Shown here in pieces: positions 1 through 9,959 of a stretch of 64,000 nucleotides of DNA (position 1 is the stretch's first letter; each line of letters starts with the position of its first letter). The DNA is from an uncultured Planctomycetota bacterium (GTDB lineage Bacteria; Planctomycetota; Planctomycetia; Isosphaerales; Isosphaeraceae): the NCBI GenBank assembly GCA_963845755.1, contig CAWJTV010000024.1:128001-192000 (forward strand). Reading direction: 5' to 3'. A program made the translations under genes and the position numbers. The notes beneath the pieces were generated by a model, which saw only the letters and a program-made list of their open reading frames with translations, was not told where the DNA came from and did not search any database.

Positions 1-308
1 TCGGCCTGAACCGCCAGCCGGTGCAGACGGGGGTCCATCTGCGACGCTTGCTGGGTCTGGCGCGCGTCTACGGCACGGCCGAGGTGGTCTCGGCCATCGC
101 CCGGGCCCTGGAGCTGGCGGCCTATGACGCGGCCTACGTCGAGAACCTTCTCCTGGCGGAGCGGCGGCGCCGGCAGCTTCCCACACCCACACTGCCGACT
201 CCCAAACGGCGCGAATTGATTGACGAGATCGATTTGGAACCGACGGATCCCGGCATTTACGACCGCTTCTGTAACACCAGCGACGAGGACTCTGATGGCA
301 CGGCGTGA
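1..308 (+). CDS. istA: IS21-family transposase IstA, C-terminal part (truncated by window edge)
   Basis: C-terminal segment LLGLARVYGTAEVVSAIARALELAAYDAAYVENLL resembles IstA C-termini, and its stop overlaps the start of istB. Confidence 0.75.
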   Translation, partial: GLNRQPVQTGVHLRRLLGLARVYGTAEVVSAIARALELAAYDAAYVENLLLAERRRRQLPTPTLPTPKRRELIDEIDLEPTDPGIYDRFCNTSDEDSDGTA

Positions 309-1065
309 GGATAATCTCCAGGCACGGCTCGACCGCGACCTGGCCGAATTGAAGCTGTGAGAGATCGCCAAGAGCTACCGCGACGTCCTCGACGAAGCCG
401 CTCGCAAAGGGAGCTCCTTCTTGGAAGTTCTGGCGATCCTGATCGGGGCTGAACAGGCCGCCCGTGAGCAACGAGCTCTGGAGCGTCGGCTGCGTGAGGC
501 GCGGCTTCCCAAGCCAAAGACCCTGGCTGAATACGACTTCAGGTTCCCCAAGCGAATCCCCAAGGCCGCGATCGTGCGCTTGTTCGACTGCGACTTCATC
601 GAGCAGCACGGCTGTGCCGTTCTGATTGGGCCGACCGGAACGGGCAAGTCCCATCTTCTCACGGCACTGGGTTACACAGCCGTTGAGCGTGGCCATTCGG
701 TTCGCCATACGCGTGTGGTGGACATGATCAATCATCTGACCGCGGCCCAGCTCAATGGGTCGCTGGGCAAAACGCTCCGAAGTTATGTCCGTCCCAGTCT
801 TCTCCTCCTTGATGAGCTGGGCTATCTGCCCATCGACAAGCGTGGGGCCGATTTGTTGTTCCAGGTTGTCGCCGCCCGTTATGAAGTGGGATCGATCGTG
901 ATCACCACGAATCGACCGTTCCGGGAATGGGGCAAACTCTTCGATGTGGACAACACCCTGGCCACGGCCTTGATCGACCGGCTGATGCATCACGGGGAGG
1001 GGATCGTGATTCAAGGAGACAGTTATCGCATGAAAGACAAAGATCCCGATTCGACCGACGAGTGA
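295..1065 (+). pseudogene. istB: IS21-family helper ATPase IstB with in-frame TGA at 358-360
   Basis: ATG at 295 is in frame with ORF 421-1065 and codon 22 is TGA. Walker A GPTGTGKS, Walker B LLLLDELGY, and IITTN / ALIDRLMHH / GDSYR motifs are typical of IstB. Confidence 0.9.
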
Positions 1066-1556
1066 CCAAATCGCGGTACGCCAACGTCCGGATCGGGTGT
1101 TCGACGCGATGAGAGTGGTTTCGGCGTGAGTGGTGGGGATCGTCCAGCCCACCCTTGAGCCAACCCAGCCACCGTGCTGGGTCACTCGAGCGGCCGGTTC
1201 CTTGAAGGGCGGGCTCGCGTTGGCTCCAGGCTCTGATCCAGAATCCGCGAGCAGCTTCCTGCGGGGGGCTTCGTCTCGGCGGCCTGGTCATCCTGTTTGC
1301 GGCCCGTGACGGTTCGCAGCGAGGAATTGGCGGTGGCCCCGGCCACCACGCCGGACTCAACAAGCGCGAACGCCTGGCCGGCTCGTCCGTTCCGGGCTTT
1401 GCCACGCTCAACTCCAGGTTCGAATGGACTCCGCGCTTTTCGCAACGTGCCGAGTGGTGCTGGTGTACGCGCCCATCGCGCCACACCCTCCGCAACCCGC
1501 AGCGCGCTGCCGTCCTGGTGATCGAAAACGACGCCATCTCGATGATCGGTCCCACA

Positions 1557-1746
1557 TGTCGTCGCTCGCGAGACCTACCACAGCCTTGAGGCGGTCAACC
1601 GTTACCTCGGCCAGTACGATCGCGTCCGTCATTGCCGTCTGGAGGGGCTCACGCCCGAGCAGACCGCTCACGCCTTGGGGTGCGGCCTGCCTCTGGTGAA
1701 GGAGTACCTCGCCATCGACGACCTGCTGGAGACGCGTCGCACTTGA
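1557..1746 (+). pseudogene. C-terminal remnant of a DUF1670-like protein, cut off by the IS21 element
   Basis: Frame 1 reads VARETYHSLEAVNRYLGQYDRVRHCRLEGLTPEQTAHALGCGLPLVKEYLAIDDLLETRRT* with no start. It is not in the ORF track. Confidence 0.55.
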
Positions 1747-2502
1747 CACGAGGGCTCCTCTCCCGCCGATAATCGCGGTTGGCAGGCGAGAGGATAGGGC
1801 TCTGCTGAGGAGCAACCCGAGCGCTCGTCCTGCTGCCGAAACATGGCTGGGGGCCTCCCTGATCCGGAGGCCCCCGCTGTGTCGCTCCCTTGCCATGTTT
1901 TGGCTCCAATGCGTTAAACCTTCGTGATTGGGGCGTAGCCCCAACCACGATTCTTTTGTTCAGATCAAGCCGCGCGGTCAGACATATGTCCGGATCTCCG
2001 GGGCTCCCCGAATCGGGGGAACCCGCCTCGTCCAGGGGCTCACGCCCCTGGCTACGTGCTTCCGCCCCCATCCGGGGGCTCAGGAAGGGACTTAGGGAAC
2101 AGACTCTGATGGGCGCCCGGGGCGTGCCAGAAGATGTAACGTTCCTTGTACTGGAAGTCGAGGTGGGCGACCGCCATGCTCGTGTCCTGGTAGATCCAGA
2201 TGGCGATCACCGTCCGCGAGGCGGAGTCCCTGGCGAAGGCCGAAGGGGTGAAGATTTCGATCTGCTTTCCCTGCTGCATCCCCTGCAATACCGCCCGAAC
2301 GGCCGACCGGCTCCGGTGCGCTGATCGCGCACGATTGCCCCTCGGGATGACCGCGAGCTCGTACTGCCCGACCGGGATGGTCCGGTGAAGCAGATCAGGC
2401 AGCAACGGAAAAGACTGGAAACTTGGTCTGACCCCGACCTGCCATTTACGACTTCCGAGCAAGCTCGAAGGCCAAGGCCAGCTCCTTGTCTTCTCCCTCT
2501 AG

Positions 2503-4150
2503 GAGCCTGTCCGAGAATTCGCCCGTGTCTCGCCTTGGCCCCTGGGTTCCCACCGGGCCTTGGCCATTTCGGCCTCGGCCGCGCCCTCGGCGCGCACTAT
2601 CCCACTCAACTCTCGGCGGCGGCGCAGGTGTGGCGCCAAATCTTCAGTAGATTGTGGGTCAGGCAGATCAGTTGCCACTCGGCGGAGACTTTCTCCAAGC
2701 CACGGAGCAGAAACTGGCGAATCCCCCGCGCGAATTTGATCTGGCCGAAGACCGGTTCGACGATCTGCTTCCGCGCCGCGTACAGGGCTTTGCCGGCCGC
2801 CGTACGCAGTTTGTGCTGCATCTTCTCGTTCACACTCGCTTCCGGTGCGGGAGCCGTCGTCGCCGACGTCACCGCAGCCACGTGGTGCTTCTGACGCTCA
2901 ACAGCCACATACGGGTCCATGCCGAGCTGCTCCAGTCCCGCCACCGCTTTCGCGCTGAAATAGCCCGTGTCCGCCGTGTTCGGAATCGGCGTCGGGGTCC
3001 CGTCGCTGGCCATCGGCCGCGGGATCCCAGCCGCCTCCAGATTGTTTAAGGCTGCTTGCGCCATCGGCACCGCCTGTTCCTTGTCGTTGGGCGCTGAGGT
3101 CACGTCCGGGGCGACGATGATCTGGTGCGCGCCATCCACCACCGCCTGGGCGTTGTACGAATAATCGAACCCCTTGTTGCTCTGCTTCATGATCTTCGCT
3201 TCGGGGTCGGTGAAGTTCATTTGCGCCTTCTCCTCGGGACTCGGATCGATCGGAGCCGGTGGCTTGCCCCGGCGTTTGCGGCCGTCCGCTTCCCGCTGGG
3301 CTTGGGCCTGATCCCGGCGGCGTTGTTCTTCGTCCGCCCGGGCAGCCGCCTCGGCTTCCAGCCGCGCTTTCGCCTCGCGAATCTTGGCCAACCGATCGTC
3401 ACGCCGCTTCAATTCCGCCGGCAGTTCGTCGCCGCGACGGCTCCCCAACGCCGCATCTTGCTCGGCGTCGAGCTGCTCAGCTTCCTGGAGCATTTGCTCG
3501 ATCTCGGCCTTCAGCCGTTCGATTTCCTTCCCCATGTAGCCGTAGCTCATCGCCTTGTGCCGCGAGGCGTTGGCCCCCATCTTGGTCCCGTCGGTGGACA
3601 GGTTCCCCAACTTGACCATCCCCAACTCGCCCGCGATGCGCAGCACCTCAAGGAACAGGGGCCGCAGTGCCGCCAGGTGGATCTTGCGAAAATCGCTGAT
3701 AGTGCGGAAGTCGGGCCGATCGATACCGACAATGGCTCGGAACGCCAGATTGCGCTCACAGGCGGCGGCGATCTTCCGGCTGGAGCGGACACCGATGCAG
3801 TAGGCATAGACCAGCAGCGTCACCATCATGGTCACGTCGAAGGGGGGTTGGCCGCGCAGTTCCTGGGCATAATGCTTGTGGAACGGAGTGAGGTCAAGCT
3901 GCGGGATGAGATCGATGAGGAAGAACACCAGATCGTCTTCGGGGAGCGCCTCCCGCGGCGAGATGGCGTCGTGACCATTCTGTCGAGGGTCCCAGGCTCG
4001 GTAGGTCTTGCGTCGGCCCTCCATGATTCGGCTCCCCGATCAGGCACCAAGGTAGAGGAAAGGTCGGAAACCCGCATTGTGCCCGAACCGACTCCGTCCG
4101 TACACCTGGCTCATCCGCGACAATGCGGGTCAGAGTTCTCAGACAGGCTC
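2503..4150 (-). mobile_element. IS1182-family insertion sequence with 18-bp terminal inverted repeats and CTAG target duplication
   Basis: Left IR GAGCCTGTCCGAGAATTC (2503-2520) versus reverse complement of right IR GAGCCTGTCTGAGAACTC (4133-4150), 16/18 match. CTAG at 2499-2502 and 4151-4154. Confidence 0.92.
2606..4024 (-). CDS. IS1182-family DDE transposase (472 aa, intact)
   Basis: LLVYAY..GVRSSRKI, PDFRTISDFR, DGTKMGANAS, TDPEAKIM, ADTGY and VEPVFGQIK motifs. Confidence 0.92.
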   Translation of the reverse strand: MEGRRKTYRAWDPRQNGHDAISPREALPEDDLVFFLIDLIPQLDLTPFHKHYAQELRGQPPFDVTMMVTLLVYAYCIGVRSSRKIAAACERNLAFRAIVGIDRPDFRTISDFRKIHLAALRPLFLEVLRIAGELGMVKLGNLSTDGTKMGANASRHKAMSYGYMGKEIERLKAEIEQMLQEAEQLDAEQDAALGSRRGDELPAELKRRDDRLAKIREAKARLEAEAAARADEEQRRRDQAQAQREADGRKRRGKPPAPIDPSPEEKAQMNFTDPEAKIMKQSNKGFDYSYNAQAVVDGAHQIIVAPDVTSAPNDKEQAVPMAQAALNNLEAAGIPRPMASDGTPTPIPNTADTGYFSAKAVAGLEQLGMDPYVAVERQKHHVAAVTSATTAPAPEASVNEKMQHKLRTAAGKALYAARKQIVEPVFGQIKFARGIRQFLLRGLEKVSAEWQLICLTHNLLKIWRHTCAAAES

Positions 4151-5636
4151 CTAGCAATTCCTCGATGGTATATTCGACGGGACAATCGGGGAGCACTCCG
4201 TGCGCTTTGGCCGGGTAGCCGCGGACAGCCATGTAATAGGTCATCAGCGGCACGGCCACCTGGACCTTCGAATGGGGCAAGGTCAGCCGAAGACGGGGGC
4301 CAGAAGTGTTGCCATAATAACCGCCACCGGACTCTTCGCCGATGAATGTTGCCCGCTTGTGAAAGTGGGCATGTGACAGGAACTCGGAGGTCGTCGAGAA
4401 ACTGCCACCATTGATGAGAATCAGCACCTTGCCGCGAAATGGCGGCTTGCTCGGCTGCTGCATTCCCCAGTTGGGATGTTTGACCATCCGGTACTTCCCG
4501 TCGGGCTGGACCTCAAGGAGGTCGGCCGGCAGCGGTTCCGTGTGGTCGGTGTACTTCTGGAAAGTAAACTGGCGCGCATTGATCACCAGGTCGTCATAAT
4601 ACTTGAACGGCTCATCCAGGAGGTAAGAAAGCAGTAACTTGCCCAACTCGTCCGCGCCGCCGCCGTTATCGCGCAGGTCGAGGATGAGCGATTTCGTGCC
4701 GCTCTCGTTCATGGCCTCGAAGGATTCACGGTAGAACTCCCTGAGCGACTTCTTGCGACCGTATCCACGAAGCCGCCAAATCCGTTGATCTTCATCACCG
4801 CAATCTTGCCCTTGTCCCTGAGCTTGAACTCGCCTGCTGCCTCGGCACGCTGATCCTGTGGGAACTTGGCGCGGGCGGCCTCCTGGAGCCGCGGTAGTTC
4901 TTTCCCCTCGAGATGCACCGTGGCCTCGCGGTTCTCCTTCGCGTCCCAAACGCTTACCTCATAGGGATTCTGCACCCCCAACAGCGCCGGGAGTCGACGG
5001 GCAAGTGTCCAGCCACTCATCCCCGATATTCGGCCGGTCTGACTGTCGCCATCTCCCGGGGTGGTTGCCAACATCGTCTCCACGATCTTGGCGGCCGGAA
5101 TGCCGTTTATCGATCGAATCTCCCGCCCCGCTAGGGTCGTCGCGCCGTCGGAGAAGTCCCGAAGGATATAGACCTTGCCTGCGAGTACACGGATCCGAAG
5201 AGGTAAGAGAAGCACCTTGGTGCTGTATGCCTTTTGCATTTCCTCGGGCAGGCCGACACCCGTGTGACCACACTTGATGGCCGCGACCACCGGGGCAAGA
5301 ATCCGATAGAACTCGACGGCATTCATCGGCCTGATCAGGGATTTCTCAGCACGGTCGAACAAACCGTCCAGTTCTTCCTTGGCAGTGTAGCGATAGATGC
5401 CGCTGTGCCCCTCTTCCAGCGCTTGCCGTGCGAGTCGGAAATCGACAACCAGTTTGTCTGGCTCGATCGTTTTTCCCATCACACCGGGCGGTAGCGAAGC
5501 TTCGGCATTGGCAGCATGTTCGTCCGGCCTGCCCGCCGCCAAAGCGCCCGTCCGTAGCATCGGGCCGGCCAGGAGCGACATGCAAAACACCGGGCTGATC
5601 AACGTTCGCAGACGGTTCATGGATCCCTCCGGTAAG

Positions 5637-6323
5637 TCAGACGTTCTTCTCGGATTCCGCTTGCACGAGAGCGTGCAACCGCTGAGCACTTCCTCGCCAA
5701 TTGCGGCGAACCGCCTGGCGCGCGGCAGGCAGGGAGCGGCCGGATACGGCCTGGATGATCGCGGCATGTTCACGGAAGGATGACAGTGCCCGGGCGGCCG
5801 CATCAAAATAAGCAAGCTCCACACGTCGTAACTTGGTCCTGAACTGACCCAAGAGCGCACTTAACTCCCCATTGTTCGCCCGCTCGATCCAAACCTCGTG
5901 AAAGCGTTCATCAGCAATGACCGCGGTCGCGGGATCCTGCAGCTCGGCAGCCCGCCGCATGGCTTGATTGGCCTCGCGCATCCGAGTCACGTCCTCGGCA
6001 GTTAAACGCCGAATCGCAGTCTCCAGCGCGAACAGTTCCAGGGCTTCGACAATGGCGTAGATTTCCGTGGCCTTGCTTATGTCGATGGGCGCCACGCGTG
6101 TCCAACGGTTCAAAGCAGTTTCGACCAGGCCTTCATCCTCCAAGCGGCGCAATGCCTCCCGGACGGGAGTCCGGCTCACGCCCACCGTGGCCGCAATGTC
6201 CTGATCCCGGAGGAGTTCCCCAGGCCGGAGCCTACCGTCGATAATCCAGGCGCGAAGACGACCGTAAACTTCTTCACGAGCGAGAGTCCGTGACAGCTTA
6301 CTCTCGGATTGCGGCAGCGGCAT
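5637..6323 (-). CDS. GntR/FCD-family transcriptional regulator
   Basis: N-terminal HTH GVSRTPVREALRRLEDEGLV, and FCD domain (ADERFH, EHAAII). Confidence 0.92.
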   Translation of the reverse strand: MPLPQSESKLSRTLAREEVYGRLRAWIIDGRLRPGELLRDQDIAATVGVSRTPVREALRRLEDEGLVETALNRWTRVAPIDISKATEIYAIVEALELFALETAIRRLTAEDVTRMREANQAMRRAAELQDPATAVIADERFHEVWIERANNGELSALLGQFRTKLRRVELAYFDAAARALSSFREHAAIIQAVSGRSLPAARQAVRRNWRGSAQRLHALVQAESEKNV

Positions 6324-6350
6324 GCCCTTGTTTCCACCGTCAACAATTGG

Positions 6351-6366
6351 ATGTTACATGTAATAT
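6351..6366. promoter_or_regulatory. Palindromic operator candidate for the GntR regulator
   Basis: ATGTTACATGTAATAT (perfect core TTACATGTAA) in an AT-rich patch about 30 bp upstream of the gntR start. Confidence 0.55.
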
Positions 6367-6452
6367 ATCACTCTCGGCTCGCGAGGACAAGTCCTGAAGT
6401 CTGAAGCCCCAGGTCTGCGGAGTGGCCGGTCCAGTGTGCGCGGAGAGGATCG

Positions 6453-7080
6453 TTCGACACGATCGACCGCGGCCATTTACGAGAGTTCCTCAAGCGTCGG
6501 GTGCGCGATGGTGTGATCCTGCGACTGATCGGCAAATGGCTTAACGCCGGGGTGCTTGAGGAAGGGATCTTAACGATCCCTGACGACGGCACACCTCAAG
6601 GCGGAGTCGTTAGAGCGCTTACCTTTTGCATTGCACACGCCCTGAGGCGCTGCGAATTCACCCCCCCGAACCCCCCTTCGCAAGGGGGGGACAGGAAACG
6701 GGCTTTTCCCGATCAATATCCCCCCCTTGCGAAGGGGGGCGTTCGGGGGGGTTCTTCGGGAGCAGGCTTCACGTGTGGGCCGCCCAACTGTGAGGCGTCT
6801 AGCCCTCTCTTGGCCAACATCTTCCTGCACTACGTGCTGGACGAATGGTTCGAGAAGGACGTTCGCCCTCGCCTGAAAGGAGAAGCCTTCGTGATTCGTT
6901 ATGCGGACGATTTTGTGATCGGGGTGGCCCGAGAAGACGACGCCCAGCGCATCCGGGAGGTCTTACCCAAGCGGATGAGCAAGTACGGCCTGACGGTCCA
7001 CCCGGAGAATGGAGAAGCGATACCGTCTTCCCCGCGCCCGAGTGGTCCACGGCCTGCGGAGCGGCGTAGCGAAGTCATGA
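6453..7080 (+). pseudogene. ltrA: Group II intron reverse transcriptase/maturase fragment
   Basis: [27 protein letters not shown] and YGLTVHPE motifs, then a jump to the IEP-like C-terminus [13 protein letters not shown] in another frame. N-terminal RT subdomains and the X domain are missing. Confidence 0.85.
6614..6802. repeat. 189-bp palindromic REP/MITE-like insert flanked by duplicated TAG
   Basis: TAG at 6611-6613 and 6800-6802. Internal arms CCCCCCCGAACCCCCCTTCGCAAGGGGGGGA / TCCCCCCCTTGCGAAGGGGGGCGTTCGGGGGGG. Excision restores [14 protein letters not shown]. Confidence 0.8.
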
Positions 7081-7086
7081 GATGAA

Positions 7087-7160
7087 GAGCCAGATGTGTT
7101 TAACGCACACGTCTGGATCTGTGGGGGGCCTGGGTGGGTGACCACCCAGGTCTACCCGGC
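7087..7160 (+). ncRNA. Group II intron domains V and VI
   Basis: GAGCCAGATGTG...CACGTCTGGATCT hairpin with AGC triad, followed by the GGGCCTGGGTGGGTGACCACCCAGGTCTACCC hairpin with a bulged A. Confidence 0.85.
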
Positions 7161-7174
7161 CCGACCTGCTCTGG

Positions 7175-7787
7175 TCAGGGCAGGATGTCGTCAACGGCGA
7201 TCGGGCGGAGCCGATGGCCGCCGATCGTGACCAGGATCTGCTGGCCGGGGAGGTAGTCCTTGCGCGTCTGGTAAACGCCCTTGGCCGGACGCGTGTAGAC
7301 CTCGACCTGGCGGGCGACCAGGTTGATGATCCAGTAGACGGGGCTCCTCCCCTTGGCGTAGGTCGAGCATTTCTTGACCCGGTCCTGGCTCAATGTCGAT
7401 TCGGAGACCTCGACCACCAGTGCCACGTCGGTAGCGGTGGGGATCCGACGGCGGTAATCGGCGTCGGATCCCCGAACGATCGCGATGTCTGGCTCCGGCT
7501 CGTCATACCGGGGAATTCGCACCGGCTCTTCCTTCCGCGACGTCCACCCGGCCGGGAGCCGGCTGTCCAGCGCCTTGAGGGTTTCCTTCGTCGAATAGCT
7601 ATGTCCTGCATTCTTGCCCATCTTGTCCACCATGTAGCCGTCGATGAGTTCGACCCGACTGGGGTCTTCCAGTGCACCCGCCTCGATGATCCGCTCGTAC
7701 TCGTCGACGGTGATCCGGTGGAACGGCGGCGTTGCCAGTGGGGGCCGGGGATGAGGCCGTCGGTCGAGTCGCTGTGGCCGTGGACAT
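7175..7787 (-). CDS. Uma2-family (PD-(D/E)XK-like) endonuclease; likely 1-nt frameshift near 7740
   Basis: RITVDEY, VELIDG, EPEPD, LVVEVS, DR..K..YA, YWIINL motifs. ATG 7787 with GGAG RBS is one base out of frame. Confidence 0.85.
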
Positions 7788-8078
7788 GGGGTTTGCTCCG
7801 TCTGTCTCCGGAATGGGGCCGCGGTTTCTGCCCTGACAGCCATCCTGTTCGATCCGTCCGCAGCACGCAAGTCGGCCTTCTACCATCCGGCGGGCGTTGG
7901 CGGGCCAGGACGATTCCAAGGCGGAAGCGTGCCGACCCGCCGTCGGGGTCCTCACGCGGCTTCTTCGGGCTGGGTCCCCTGCCCCGCCGCCGCCTCGGCC
8001 TGTGCCAGGGCCTCGCGCAGCGCCAGGATCTTGGTAGCCGCATCCTGGCATAGGCCACGCCCCTTGAGGCGTACTGGC

Positions 8079-8314
8079 GACTGGCGCTGGATGACCCATC
8101 GCGGGATAATCCGTGGTACCCGACCATGCGGATCTTCCGTCAAATCGAGCACATGGCCTGGGGTCCGGTCTTCGAGCGGATGGCGATGGTGCCGATGCGA
8201 GTGCGGACGCCCTCGGTGATGGTCGGGATCGCGCCGGTCGAGCTGCTGGACAAGATCGCCATCCTGGAGATCAAGACCGAGCGGATCACTTCAAGGATGA
8301 AGGATGAAGGATGA
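8079..8314 (+). pseudogene. Remnant of a glycosyltransferase C-terminus joined to a DUF6165-like N-terminus
   Basis: DWRW...DNPWYPTMRIFRQ...WGPVFERMA (C-terminal motif of TPR-GT9-like proteins), then IAPVELLDKIAILEIKTERI, truncated by a (GGATGAA)3 repeat. Confidence 0.55.
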
Positions 8315-8527
8315 ATCAGAAGCTGAGAAAGGCGGAAGGTTGAGTGAGGACCAGGCCTTGTCGCTGGATCCCGGGTCCCTTCGTCAACCAAGCATGGGTG
8401 GAACTCCGGAAGACACCGGAATTGAGGCGAGCCTCTTTCGGCCCCTCCCCTCCCCTGCCCTGCCCTGTCCGGCCCCTTCGCTTCCCCCCGCCCGATCGCG
8501 TATTGAGATCGGCGTTGCGACCGGAAG

Positions 8528-8989
8528 TCACGCGGCCTCGCCGTCGGAGTCGCCGCGGTCGAAGGACGGTTCGGCGTTGCGTCCGCCGCGACGTTCTCGC
8601 GAGTCGTAGAGCACCATGGAGGCGACGATGGGCCGCAGCAGGTCGTTGACGACTTCGGAGCGGTCCTTGCCCAGGTGGATGGCGTAGAGCCAGAGCTTCT
8701 TGTCGAGGTCTTCCTCGATGGCGAACATCCGCTGGACGCGCTTGGGCTTGGCGGGCTTGACCCGCGAGGCCCGCGACCGTGACGAGGGCGCGGCGACGGC
8801 TCGGGGCGCGGCCTCGACCTCCGGCGGTGGGGCGGCATCGTTCGGCTCGGCGGGGCTCGCGGGCTCGGCGGCGGCGGCCGGCTGGGCGCCGAGCCGCCGC
8901 TCGAACTCGGCCTCGGTCATGCTCGGCCGGGTCAGACCGGTCCGGTTCTCGGGACCCGGGATCCCGCCACGTCGCATCGCACTGCTCAT
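8528..8989 (-). CDS. Small ParA partner with low-complexity N-terminus and C-terminal ribbon-helix-helix (ParG-like, 153 aa)
   Basis: Directly downstream of parA. Ala/Pro/Glu-rich tail, then KRVQRMFAIEEDLDKKLWLYAIHLGKDRSEVVNDLLR (strand-helix-G-x-x-x-S-helix pattern). Confidence 0.7.
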   Translation of the reverse strand: MSSAMRRGGIPGPENRTGLTRPSMTEAEFERRLGAQPAAAAEPASPAEPNDAAPPPEVEAAPRAVAAPSSRSRASRVKPAKPKRVQRMFAIEEDLDKKLWLYAIHLGKDRSEVVNDLLRPIVASMVLYDSRERRGGRNAEPSFDRGDSDGEAA

Positions 8990-8991
8990 CT

Positions 8992-9083
8992 CTTTGGTCC
9001 TTGAGTCATTAAGTCCTTGAGTCATTAAGCGAGGACCCGGGGACCCAAGGACGCGAGGACCCAAGGACCCAAGGACCAAGAGG
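8992..9083. repeat. Eleven in-register 8-bp repeats in two opposed arms between parA and the RHH gene
   Basis: ctttggtc cttgagtc attaagtc cttgagtc attaagcg | aggacccg gggaccca aggacgcg aggaccca aggaccca aggaccaa. Confidence 0.9.
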
Positions 9084-9887
9084 TCAGGATGCCTTCAACA
9101 TCGCGTCGGCCGGCTCGGCAGCGGCGAGATAGGCGCGGGCCGCCGCACGGTATCCGTCGGCACCGGCGCCATACGGGTCGTAATGGATCAGGGGCATCCC
9201 CCGCGCATAGGCCTCCCGGAACTTGACCGAGGCCGGGATCACGCGCTCGTAGACCCGCGGGCCGAAGTAGGCCCGGACCTCCGACTCGATCTGCTTGGAG
9301 ACCAGGGTCCGGTCGGCTCGCGTGATCAAGACCCCGGCGATCGTGAGCGGCCCGGCGTCGGTGAACTCCAGGCGGAATTCGCTGACGGTCCGGATCAGGT
9401 CCTCCAGCGCCCGGACGCCCGCCAGTGCCGCGACGCAGGGATCGATCGGGATCAAGATCTCGGCGACCGCATAGAGGATCGCCACGTTCAACGGCGTCAG
9501 GACCGGGCTGGTGTCGACGACCACGGCATCGTAGCCATCGAGCCCCTTGAGCAGCCGGCGGATGCGGAACTCGCGCCCCTGGCCCAGGCCCTGCGCTGCC
9601 CATCTGCTCCGAGCAGAGGCTCAGGCGGTCGCCGGGAGGCACCAGGTCCAGCCCGGGATACTCCGACGGTACCGCCACCTCGTCGAGCCGGAGCCCGTCC
9701 AGCAGCGCATCGGCCAGCCCCACGGCCGGCGCCCCCGCGCGAAGAACCCCAGCGCGGCATTCCCGGAGGGGTCGGCATCGATCAGCAGGACGCGACGGTC
9801 GAGCTCCACCATCGCCGCCGCGAAGTTGATCGCCGTCGTGCTCTTGCCCACGCCCCCTTTGGCATTGGTCACCGCGACGCTTCGCAC
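9084..9887 (-). CDS. parA: ParA/Soj-family Walker ATPase (about 267 aa; two compensating frameshifts near 9735 and 9585)
   Basis: GTG 9887 after a G-rich RBS. Motifs [43 protein letters not shown]. No N-terminal HTH. Confidence 0.9.
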
Positions 9888-9959
9888 GAGCACCCCCCTT
9901 CCCCACCTCGCGGCCCCACGAGGCCGCCGGTTCCAAACCGAGAATCCACCGTGTCTTAT

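Larger units (their letters stand above)
1..1556 (+). mobile_element. IS21-family element (left part outside window); right end inferred at ...GATCGGTCCCACA 1556
   Basis: istA-istB pair. The sequence ends in ACA (TGT on the minus strand, the usual IS21 terminus) exactly where a headless DUF1670-like frame begins. Confidence 0.55.
2446..5620 (-). pseudogene. Secreted S41-family peptidase, split near its 3' end by an IS1182 element; one frameshift near 4762
   Basis: ATG 5620 with GGAGG RBS and a signal-peptide-like N-terminus. Motifs LILDLRDNGGG, LINGGSFSTTSEF, FIGEESGG. Removing the IS restores the C-terminus EELLEGEDKELALAFELARKS* (TAA 2446-2448). Confidence 0.85.
6434..7160 (+). mobile_element. 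Degenerate, internally deleted group II intron
   Basis: Possible 5' end GTGTGCG at 6434, an RT fragment, the IEP C-terminus, and domain V/VI at 7087-7160. Confidence 0.75.

Noticed and set aside
358..360. Selenocysteine or readthrough at the istB TGA
   Set aside because: The position is not a Cys-type site and no SECIS-like hairpin was evident. Nonsense mutation or base error is simpler.
2052..2462. 136-aa minus-strand ORF
   Set aside because: No recognisable family or clear start. It may be a remnant but cannot be supported.
6453..7080. RT as part of a diversity-generating retroelement or retron acting on the duplicated genes
   Set aside because: It has group II intron motifs with adjacent DV/DVI and is deleted. 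No short template/variable repeat pair with adenine-specific differences was noticed.
7952..8152. 66-aa minus-strand ORF
   Set aside because: Its first half is the antisense of the glycosyltransferase remnant. At most it is an unidentifiable C-terminal fragment.
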